Shown: positions 40,585 to 50,966 of the stretch, piece by piece
Layout of the letters: every line of letters begins with the position of its first letter
How positions within the stretch are numbered: position 1 is the stretch's first letter
DNA from: Podarcis vaucheri
Lineage: Eukaryota
Direction: 5' to 3' (one strand)
DNA length: 64,000 nucleotides
NCBI GenBank assembly: GCA_965113315.1
Contig: OZ220365.1
Position numbers and translations under genes: made by a program
Notes under the pieces: generated by a model
What the model was told of the DNA's origin: nothing
The model's input: only the letters and a program-made list of their open reading frames with translations
Database searches by the model: none

Positions 40585-43500
40585 TACCTCCCTCCCCACC
40601 TGCCACACACACCACTGGCAAGTTGAACAGAGGGTGGGGAAGGCACTGATAGAAGCGCTGGGAGATGACAAAGAAGCAGGGTTGCATGCTGTCACCAGCC
40701 ACATCAAAAGCTGCACCTCAAGACTCGAAGAAATAGTAGTGTGCTCCCATCTGAAAGCTTTGTTCTGCAGTTGTGTCCAAAGCACTAACATTTCCTAAAA
40801 ACTGGAGGAACAATTACACTGCAAGACACCAACAGGGAAAAGATATGAATGCAACCGTGGTGGTGAAAGATGTCAAATGATTTCTCAGGAATTGTTCCAT
40901 GGGTGAATAGTAGGCGAGTGGTGAAGAATTTCCATGCTTTCTAAGCCTTATGTGAAGGGGAAACATACACACCTGTTGATGTTGAGGACTTTTCATCTAC
41001 GCTATTGCATTACTGCTGTGCAGCTGGCACTCTTGTCACCCGCTAAATGCAATAACGTTATCACTTCTTATCTCTTCACTAATACTTCCATGGGAAAAAG
41101 CAATTCAGTCTAGAGAAAAGAGCATGGCCAAATTGCCTTAAAAGCCTTGGGCATGGCTTCATATTGATTATTGCCAGCAGAACTTCAAAAAGCTTTACAA
41201 AGTTAATACATTCACATAATTCCTTTGCAATGGACAAGCTGTTTCAAAGCTGATGAATCACATTAATGGCACGGTAACAATACGCAGCAATTCAAGAGAC
41301 TGTTGAAGACAGGAGAGTTCCCTAATCATACTTAATGCACAGCATTAATATCCCAGGATCATATTCCAGGGGATTGCTACTCATATACAATGAAAAGGAG
41401 CCTTGTTTCTCAGCCATAGCCATAAAAAGTGGCTGATGAAACTCCACATGGCATTTCAGCCCCGACTACTTCACAGCTGGCAGCCTACAACCGGCACCAT
41501 CATTGCTAATCAGACTTTTTGCTAACCAATAATGTACAGCAGCAGCAACAGCAGCAGCAGCCCTGCCAAAGAATATTGTATCCCTGATCACCAGTGCAAA
41601 GCAGGGGACAGGAAAGGCATGCAGACACAAGCAGAGAATCATCGGTTTATCAGATGCAGACCCTATCAGAAAGCTAGGCAAGGGACCTTGAATTAGGAAT
41701 CTCTTTCAGTTTAGAGAATACTTTTATTCTGCCATCTGAAGCAAGAGAGATTGGGGAAAAGAGAGAGAGCATAGGAATGGCAGAAGGAAGATATACAACA
41801 AACAGTGACAAAATATTCCCAACCCTGGAGAAAGGAGAAGCACCCCATATTGCCCCGGCAGTATTCCAGCCACTCACAGCATGTTCAGAATCTGGTAATT
41901 CAAGGCAGAATGTGACAGTGAGAATTTCTTATTTATTTCTAGAAACAAACAAACAAACAAACAAACAGCCATGACCCAAGTTCCCTACAAGCAACTAATT
42001 TGTTTGGGGCCAAGGGAACTATGGATCCTAGGTATTTCGCTTCAAAACTATGTAAAGAGACAAAATGCCAAGGCCCCAAATTAGCACCCAGCACTTCCAG
42101 TCCCTTCACTTCTAGAAAGCATACAGGAGGAAACTAGCAGTCAACTCACTAAAATGGGAAAGTAACAGCTGGATTTACTTAATAAGCTGAGGCAGGGGGA
42201 GGGGGGGAAAGGGAAACAACTCTGGTGAAATACAATTTAAGGCAAGTATTTAACCTTAATCCAAAAAGGAGGGATGAATCTCAATAAAATTCAGCCTCCC
42301 AGACGGTGAAGCTGCTGCTGGATAAATGCTACCAGATTAGGTGGTTTCATTTTTCTCCTGCACTGTTAGGCTCTGGATGATTCTTTTGGCTAATTCTCTC
42401 TGTCGCCTCCTCGGCCCTTTTTTCCTCTTTCAAATGTTCAAGCCTCCTTCTCTGAATCTCTTCAACTCCCATTTCTTAGAATCTCCTCACCATCTCCTAA
42501 ACCACCTGCTACACAAAGTACCTTTTAAAGGGCAACCTACCGCAAGAGAATGGGCCTTCCACAATAGACCATTACACAATTGTAGCCTCTGCTTTTGTAC
42601 AACACATACACAGAAAAATACAATTTCTTGCTGCAGACCCTAAGAGCAAAGTACCCTTTTTTCATAGCTTTCCTAGAAATAAGGAGCGGGGGGAGCAAAC
42701 AACACAGAACTAAAGAAAGTAAGGGAAATCAATTGAAACCTTCAATATGCTGCTTCATAACATCTGGAACAAGATAGCTGGTGCACAACATAGACCTTGA
42801 CATGCCCAAGAAAGGATTATTCACCAGCCATTTAGAATTGGGCAATTAGGGCAATTATTAATTACCGAGGGATTTCCTGGAAGCTGCTATATATTGCCAG
42901 GAGTCTTGAATCTTGGGGAAGCTATGGGTGAAAGAGCTCTGGGTCAGAACCTAAGGCAATGGTTACAGAGTTTTCCCAGGTGCCTGTCTAGATGAAGCAA
43001 CGTGGGCAGATGTAAGCTACCGTATAAGCTTGAGAGATAGGAGGTTACTCTAAGTACCTAATGTCACTTGGGAGAAAGCTTTTCCGCCTTTCCCCCCCAA
43101 CACTTGGGTGAATGTTCCTTTCACGGGGGAAACGTACACCAGATAGTACAGCTGGTATTAAAACAGTTTTCTCTCAAGTAGATGTGAGCAAACTCCACCC
43201 TCAAACTTGTAACATCTTGCTCTGGCCTCCTCTAATTTTAGGTAAGTCTTTTTTTAAAAGAATTTATATGTTGATTTGTAAGTTTGTTTTAAAAGAGGGT
43301 TTTGCTCTAGATTTGGGGGTATAAAAACACTAAATACAATTTTGGCAACATTTGGCACTTTCCAAGAATGGTAGTTTTCTGCATTACCTTCTACCAATAA
43401 ACATACTAGGATTTGGCACGCTGTATTGTGTTAGACCACTGACAAGTACCTGCTTTTCTTGCACAAGATATAATACCTCATTAAAGAGGTACCAACTTTT

Positions 43501-44790
43501 AATTAGTCTGAATAGAATTCTCATGGCATTGCATCTTTGTGGTTATTGCCCTGTCTATTGGAAAATACTCCCTTTGTTTTTAATGAAATTCTAATCTGCA
43601 TAAGTGAGAGCAACCTTTTTTACTACAGCACACAGGGAATGGAACTCCTGCCATCCAGAGATGTGGTTGGCTCTCTGTTTTGAAAGCTTTAGATGGGCTT
43701 TTAAGAGCTTTTCAGTCTCCAAGCATTTAACAGTTCATTTTTCACACAATGCTAAGCCAAACCAAGACATCAGTGTGAGCATGGAAGACATGCAGTCTCC
43801 TCAAGAGAAGATTAGGGACACTTTGGTCTTGCTGCTGTTAACTAAGCCATGGTTTGCACCAGCCTGTCTCTGACAAACCACAGGCTGTAAACCAGAAAGG
43901 CAGAGCAATATAAACCATGAAACTGGGTTCAGAGGGCATGTTAAGCCAAACCATAGCTTAGCTCACAACAGAATGACTAGAGGAAGAGCAAAGCAGCCAC
44001 AATCTCCTCCCCAGAAACCTGCACACTCACACATTCAATGCAGGTCAATGCAGATTAGAGTTTTTGCATCCCTGCTTTTATGTGGAATTGTTTTCATAAA
44101 ATCAAAGAGCTGAGTGTAACCTTGGATGTCATCTGGACCAACCTCTGCTTGGCACAGGATCTGTTGTGCAGGATGCAACTACAGCACCTCTGACCGATTT
44201 GGCCTCAGCCTGAATACCTCCAGCGACAGAAAACCCACTATACCTCTTGAGGTAGATAGACTGTTCCACTGCCAAACAACTCTCATCATTTTAACCTGCT
44301 CTTAGTTTTATAGTACAATACTGACCTCAGATATTTTGGGTTTGTTGTATTTATTAGGTTTTATATATTTTGGGAACCTTGCAAGCCCCTTTGATTTATT
44401 TAAAATGAAGAGCAAGGCAGCATTTTTAAAGTCTACCAGTTGTGAGTACTGATCTAGAAGTGCTACTTGTTCGGGATTAAATAATAGAGTACAAGGGTAT
44501 GCGGCAGATGAGATAAAGGAAACAGTGCGCAGTATCAGGAGCTCAGCCACTAAATGGTTTTACCATCCCATCGCTATTCAATGGCCTGCAAGAGGGAGCA
44601 GAGGTTTCTTCTGCCTTTCTTTCCTTATATGCAGAACAGACACCACACTTTGGGAGCTATTATTTTGATTGCAATATGAAAGAGTCCAAGCTTTAGATGC
44701 CCTTGACATATAATTGAAATCCTAGCCCAAACAAACAGGCACGGTAAGCAGCAGCTGCCTTGTTCTAAGTGAAGCCACTTGATGCAAGTA

Positions 44791-45123
44791 CAGTAGTGCC
44801 TCGCAAGACGAAAAGAATCCGTTCTGTGATTCTCTTCGTCTATCGGTTTTTTGTCTTGCGAAGCAAGCCCATTGACGGATTAGAGGATTAGCGCTATTAG
44901 CAGCTTTTAGCAGCTTATCAGCTTATCGGATCAGCTGATAAGCGGCTTAGCGGCTTAGAAAAAAGGGGGGAAGGGAAAAAACCCGCAGGAACTCGCAAGA
45001 CATTTTTGTCTTGCGAAGCAAGCCCATAGGAGATTTGTTTTGCGAAGCACCTCCAAAACGGAAAACTCTTTCGTCTAGCGAGTTTTCCGTCTTGCGAGGC
45101 ATTCGTCTTGCGGGGCACCACTG
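44791..45123. mobile_element. pogo/Tigger-like MITE, family B
   Basis: TA|CAGTAGTGCCTCGCAAGACGAA ... TTCGTCTTGCGGGGCACCACTG|TA with an internal (tagcggct)-like minisatellite. Confidence 0.85.
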
Positions 45124-45316
45124 TACATTTTTCACACATCACTTTCCTTGACGAAGCCCTCGCTTAACTTCCAAGCGAAAGCAAATTGTATCCCTGTGCT
45201 CATGCTTTGTTCAGGTTAGGGAAGAGCGACTCACTTGGTTGGCTGTTTTGACTAATAAGCACCTACTGGCAACCAAACAGGGAGGTTTATGTAAATTGAA
45301 AGAGTTGGTTGTTATA

Positions 45317-45570
45317 AGAACATAAGAAAAGCCTGCTGGGTCTGGTCAATGGTTCATCTAGTCCAGCACCCTGTTCTCACACTGGCCAACCAGATGCATG
45401 TGGGAAACCAGCAAGCAGGATTTGAGCACGTGAATACTCTCCCCTCCTGTGGCTTCCACCAACTGGCATTCAGAAGCATTGCTGGAGGCAGAGCACAACC
45501 ATAAAGGCTTGGAGCCATGGATAGCCCTCTCCATCATGAATTTGTCTAATCCCCTTTTAAATCCACCTAG
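45317..45570 (-). mobile_element. CR1 3' end
   Basis: aagaacataagaaaagcctgctgg...catctagtccagca...catgaatttgtctaatcccctttta. Confidence 0.8.
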
Positions 45571-46419
45571 TCAATGACTAATAAATGTGGGCATGTGGGC
45601 TGGTAAAATGATGTTTATGGACTAACATGCAAGCCTGCTTTCTTTTGCATCTTTGTCCGAGAACATTGGCTTTAGACTGTGTCTTTCAGTCCAACGAGCT
45701 TCAGTGCTTCCCATCAAAAGAAAAGCAATTCATGTACTAAGCATCTTTTTATAAGTCAACAACCCTGCCTAAGCTCATATTAAGCTGACCCACAGCTTGA
45801 GTGCTCCTACAGAACAACAGTGGCCTGATACACCTCTAGAGAGGTGATGTACTACGTACTCACTGATTCTGAGAATCTAATGAAATACCCAAAGGGATAG
45901 AATGCATTTGTTATTGCTCTGCAGAGAAATACATTTGAATGTAGTTGTACTAGGTTTTTTTTAAAAGTAATGTTAACTACAGAGAGAAATTGCTTGGCAC
46001 AATGGATATCCTTTAAAAAGTGGGGGGGGGGCAACTTTAGGCTTGTGGGTTCTTTCTTTCTTTCATTTAGCATACCACCCTTTATCTGTAGATCTCAGGG
46101 CAGTTCACAACCTATTTTATTAAAACTAAAAGCCCACCAGCCTGAGCCAGGTGAACAAAACATTGGCTGGGGAAGGCAACACACTCATAAAATGAAGGAA
46201 CAGGGTGCTCAGAATTTTTTTCCCCAGTAACAAGACTGAGCTCACAGTCCTGGTTTCCCCCTCCCAAGATTTCTTCATCTCAGCAGCCTAATTTAGAAGA
46301 GAGGGAAGCCTTTTGCTATTGTCAAGAATCAGAACCCTTCAAATTGCTTCCAATCACCCAGAGATCTACCAGAAGCACTTTTGCTCACACCCACTGTAAA
46401 CTACACCAATACTACAATT

Positions 46420-46690
46420 ATTCCCTCCCAGGTCTTCTAGAAACAATAGCTAAAGGAGTTGTCAGAAAAGGTATGGCCATACACTACCATAAGTGGAAGA
46501 ATAGAAGCATCCCCACCCCAACCCCACCCTCCCCCTCTTTTCTTCCCAAACTTATATTGCATGCGACACTAATGTCTCATAACAAATGAAACTGATCTGT
46601 AGAAAAAGCAACTTGAAAAAGAGAAAATGCACATGTTTTTGTAAACTAAGAAATCTTTAATAAAAATTATTTTTTTAAAAAAGAAAAGTT
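46420..46690 (+). mobile_element. L1/Tx1 3' end
   Basis: VRKGMAIHYHKWKNRSIPT resembles the L1 ORF2 end; the tail is homologous to 12440-12585. Confidence 0.65.
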
Positions 46691-46816
46691 ATGGTGACCT
46701 CCCTTCTATAAGAGGGGTTCTGAGTGCGACTGGCCTGCAGCAGCAGGGGTCAGGAGCAGAGACTGCACAGTAAAAGCTCTCAAAACAAACTTGCTGGACC
46801 CCAAATAAACCCAATA

Positions 46817-47066
46817 GAGCCGTACCTTGGTTTTCAAACAGCTTAGTTCTCGAACGTTTTGGCTCCCGGACGCCACAAACCCAGAAGTGACTGTTCCGGT
46901 TTGCAAACTATTTTTGGAAGCCGAATGTCCAACGGGGCTTCCGTTGCTTCCGATTGGCTGCAGGAGCTTCCTGCAACCAATTAGAAGCTGTGCTTCGGTT
47001 TTCGAACATTTTGGAAGTCGAACGGACTTCCGGAACGGATTCCATTTGACTTCCAAGATGCAACTG
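46817..47066 (+). mobile_element. pogo/Tigger-like MITE, family C
   Basis: TA-flanked; reverse-complement homologue of 54795-55039. Confidence 0.85.
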
Positions 47067-47139
47067 TATAGGCAATATATTTTACTTTTATGTATTTATT
47101 GTTATTACATTGCGACCCACCTTTCCTTCAAGAATCTCA

Positions 47140-47305
47140 AGATGGAATACATGGTTCTCCATCCTCTCCACTGTTATCCTCACAACAACCCTGGGAGTAA
47201 GGCTGGACTGAGAGACTGGGACAACGTCACCCAGTGAGCTTAATGGCTGAGTGAGGATTTGAATGCTAGTCTCCCAGGTCTGAATCCAGTTCTCTAACCA
47301 CTACA
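47140..47305 (-). mobile_element. Ther1/Squam3-type SINE
   Basis: tatcctcacaacaaccctg...cacccagtgagcttaatggctgagtgaggatttgaa...tctaaccactaca. Confidence 0.75.
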
Positions 47306-47883
47306 GCTCTCTCGCTGCACCTCTCAAGAGGAGATGTGTTAACAACAACAACCAAAAACCCCATGGCTGGCTGCCCATCTGTTCACCCTGTCTGAATTAG
47401 AAAATATAAAAAGTGAAATGTGTATTTGCAGCCTTCCCAACATGTAAGACAGAGCTCAGGTGTGTGTGAGCATGCACAGCACTCAGGATCAACGTTTCCC
47501 TTTCTTTGCCCATGCAGTTTGTGTGTGTGAACTCCGGAGAGCCCCAAGCCGTTTATTCCCCTGAGACATTGCTCCATCAGTACCAGAAGCAGAGAGCTTA
47601 GTCTGAATCAGAGTTATATTCTCTAGCAATCGACAAGAAGTCTCCTTGCGAGGAGAGCTAGACTCATCGGCTCCTGGGAAAAGGGCTCATGTCAAGCAAT
47701 TGCTCAACCTAGAAAACGCACGGCAAATGTCAAAACACATCACCCTTCGCCTTTCCACCCCCACAAAACAAAAGCATAATCATTCATCTGAACACACATA
47801 CCAGTAAAAACCCACACGCAACTCATTACGGAGTCACCAGCAATTCAGGACTCTCACAGTGGGACACCCACTCTGTGTGCGCG

Positions 47884-47885
<2 letters not shown>

Positions 47886-47918
<33 letters not shown>
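47886..47918. repeat. (GT)n microsatellite
   Basis: Read directly. Confidence 0.95.
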
Positions 47919-47919
<1 letters not shown>

Positions 47920-48512
47920 ACTATATTAAGCTCAAAATTCAATGATAAACTGGTGCTAATGAGATATTTTAACAGAAGGGCCAGGGAGTGGATTCCAGTG
48001 AAATATGGTTCAATTTTAATAAAGACTCTTAAAATAGCTTTGCAGTTTTGAAGCTGGCGGCTCGTCCTCCTACACAACGCATTATCCAAAAGGGTTGCCC
48101 ATTATTAACTCCAGCAGACTGGAGTACTAACTCTTAAATGCATGTCCTTCTTGTCAACACTGCAGCAGGAGCTGGGTTATTTGGGGGCAAGATTAGCTAC
48201 TCCCAGGCAGTTTTCTGGACCCCTGAGTTTGTTGCTTCCTCGCCTGTTTCTCTTACTGCTCCTCAGCAAAGTTTTTTCCTTTCTCTAGCTAGTTCTCCCA
48301 GTAGCTATGCTCATCTCTCCTTTAAAGGAGAAGCAATGGCCACGGAGAGAGGGTGAGAGAATAGCCATCAATGGTTAGCTTTTCCTGTTCTTCCGCTACT
48401 TTGTTCCATTTTGGACCATAACTCGGCGGCATAGCATCTGCCTTGTACACAGAAGACGATCCCACATAGGGCTGGGAATGTCCCCAGACAGCTCCTGCCA
48501 GTCAGTGCAAAC

Positions 48513-48650
48513 CAGGGGTAGCCAATGGGATGCCCTCCAGACACTGTTGGACTACAGGTCCCATCAGCCCCAGCCAGCACAACCAATGGTGAAGGATGAT
48601 GGGAGTTTTAGTCCAACAACATCTGAAGGGCAGCAGGTTGGCTGTCCCTG
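48513..48650. mobile_element. Older hAT MITE inserted into a tRNA-SINE body
   Basis: CAGGGGTAGCCAA...TTGGCTGTCCCTG termini; degenerate TSD GTGCAAAC/GTGTAGGC. Confidence 0.75.
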
Positions 48651-48720
48651 GTGTAGGCAATGCCAAGTTAGACAGACCAATGGGTCCGACTCGTATAAGG
48701 CAGCTTCTTATGTTCCTACA

Positions 48721-49010
48721 TAGCTCAGTTGGTTAGAGCATGGTGCTGATAACACCAAGGTCACAGGTTCAATCCCCGTATGGGACAGCTATATATTCCT
48801 GCATTGCAGGGGGTTGGACTAGATCAGTGTTCCCCAACCTTGGGCCTCCAGCTGCTTTTGGACTACAATTCCCATCATCCTTGACCACTGGTCTTGCTAG
48901 CGAGGGATGATGGGAGTTGTAGTCCAAAAACAGCTGGAGGCCCAAGGTTGGGGAACACTGGACTAGATGATCCTCAGGATTCCTTCCAACTCTACAATTG
49001 TATCATTCTA
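48721..49010 (+). mobile_element. tRNA-Ile-derived SINE with CR1-type tail, interrupted by a MITE
   Basis: TAGCTCAGTTGGTTAGAGCATGGTGCTGATAACACCAAGGTCACAGGTTCAATCCCCGTATGGG head, with tail gggttggactagat...gatcctcaggattccttccaactcta. Confidence 0.8.
48825..48960. mobile_element. 136-bp palindromic hAT MITE
   Basis: TIR CAGTGTTCCCCAACCTTGGGCCTCCAGCTG; perfect TSD GACTAGAT (48817-48824 and 48961-48968). Confidence 0.92.
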
Positions 49011-49767
49011 CATTGCTTCGTGCAGCTTTTTCTGTTATTTCAGTATTGGACTGATGCAGAAAGGTGGAAGCCCATCACCACAACTAGTGGCCCAGCGAGA
49101 AATACATGCGGAAATATGTAAGGAAAACCCAACTGTTTTCTAGTGACTCGCTTGCTGCCAGTTCTCCTATTTCCTCTCTCTCTCTCTCATATCAAATAAC
49201 TGAATGACTACTGCAAACTTTAATTGGTTTAATCAGTGGATTAATCAGCTAAAGCTTTAAGATCAATTTTAATCAGTGAGGGCAACCTTTAATTGCTAGG
49301 GCTGAGAGTTAAAGACACACTTTTTGAGGCTATTTTGATTCTGGTGTGTTACTGTAACATAGGAAATGAAACAAATATTAAAAGACAAGCCTTTCCTTCA
49401 AATTGTGATCTGTAGATTTGTTTATTAAACAGTAAATTGTTTCACAGTTCCTTTAGTATCTCAAAAAGAGATATTTGATATGTTCTAGAGGTGTAGCTCC
49501 ATTATTTTGTTGCAGCAAAGACTAACACACTGCTTGTGGACCAAAGTGTACAGACGGTGAGATCCTTGGCTGGCGTATTTTATACAAAACACAGGAGCCA
49601 GTTATGGTATAGTGCAGGAGTGGGGAGCCTCTGGCCTGTGGGCCAATTCTGGCCCACCAGGAGGTCCAAGTTGGCCTGAAAAGCCATTCCCCTCCCCCAA
49701 CCATGCCCTCCTGCGGAGGTAGGGTTCAGTCTAACTGGGTGCTGCTTCACCACTGTGTTCCTTACAG

Positions 49768-50386
49768 CAGTGTTTCCCAACCTTTTTTGGGCAAAGGCAC
49801 ACTTGTTTCATGAAAAAAATCTCGAGGCACACCACGTTACAGCCCCGTGACGTCAGCGCGCAGCGTCACGCCGGGAGGGACGCACGAAGGAGGGGGGGAG
49901 GGCGAGCGGAGGCAGCGGCGAGCCCCGTTCCTCCCCATCCGCCCCTTTCCGTGCAAGGAGCGTGAACAGCTGTGATAAGGGGGTCAAACCTGCAGGCCGG
50001 CGCCGGGGAACCTCCAAGCTTTGGGGGTGGGGGGGAGGAGGCAGCAAAGCGAGGCAGGAAGGAGAGCGCGGCTTGGCTGGGTGAGCTTTGGCAGGGGCAG
50101 GGAATGAGAGCCGCGAGGCGGGCGCTGCGGATGGAGGCGCTGCCCGCCGAGCTCGCAGGCAGCCAGGCAGGCAGACGGCGAGAGCCCCGCGCTGGGCGGC
50201 CTCTCCTCGCCGCCGCCGCTCCGCATCTCGCCGCCCGACTCGCTCGCCTCCCTCCGGGGACGGCGCCCCAATCGAAAATTTGACTTAAAAAAAAAAACTT
50301 TCGATTTTTTTAATTTTTCCCACGGCACACCAGGCAACATCTCGCGGCACACTAGTGTGCCGCGGAACAGTGGTTGAAAAACACTG
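49768..50386. mobile_element. Young non-autonomous hAT element (619 bp) with a CpG-island-like interior
   Basis: TIRs CAGTGTTTCCCAACC / GGTTGAAAAACACTG; perfect TSD CCTTACAG (49760-49767 and 50387-50394); subterminal GGCACAC repeats. Confidence 0.9.
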
Positions 50387-50537
50387 CCTTACAGGGAACA
50401 TGTTGCTGAAGCAGAGTTCACTCCCCAGGAGCACAAGTCATCATGATGCGAGATGACTTGCCCCACCCACCCATCAAAGTTGACCTGTGGGGGTGGAGGG
50501 AGATAAACATAGGGCCCACAGAGCCAAAAATGTTCCC

Positions 50538-50715
50538 ATCGCAGTATAGCGGTTGGCCTCATACTGCAGAGAGTCTGGTTCAAACTCCTACTCAGCAACA
50601 GAGGGCACTGGGTGACCTGGGGCCTATCACTGCCTCTAATTATAACCTACCACACAGAGTTGTTGTGAGGGGAAAGGAAGAGCAATGTAGGCTGCCTTGA
50701 CTTCTTCAAAGGAAA
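50538..50715 (+). mobile_element. Old Ther1/Squam3-type SINE
   Basis: tggttcaaactcctactcagc...ctgggtgacctgggg...cacagagttgttgtgaggg. Confidence 0.65.
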
Positions 50716-50724
50716 ATGCTCATA

Positions 50725-50966
50725 CAGTGGTACCTCAGGTTACATATGCTTCAGGTTACATACGCTTCAGGTTACAGACTCCGCTAACCCAGAAATAGTA
50801 CCTCGGGTTAAGTACTTTGCTTCAGGATGAGAACAGAAATCGTGCTCTGGCGGCGCGGCAGCAGCTAGAGGCCCCATTAGCTAAAGTGGTGCTTCAGGTT
50901 AAGAACAGTTTCAGGTTAAGAACAGACTTCTGGAACGAATTAAGTACTTAACCCAAGGTACCACTG
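50725..50966 (-). mobile_element. MITE family A, inverted relative to the other five copies
   Basis: TA-flanked; the body is the reverse complement of 3092-3334. Confidence 0.9.

Noticed and set aside
48721-48787. Functional tRNA-Ile(GAT) gene
   Set aside because: The 5' acceptor stem is missing, there is no poly-T terminator, and it runs into a CR1-type SINE tail.
49853-50352. Second gene promoter or GC-rich ORFs
   Set aside because: Entirely within a TIR- and TSD-bounded hAT element.
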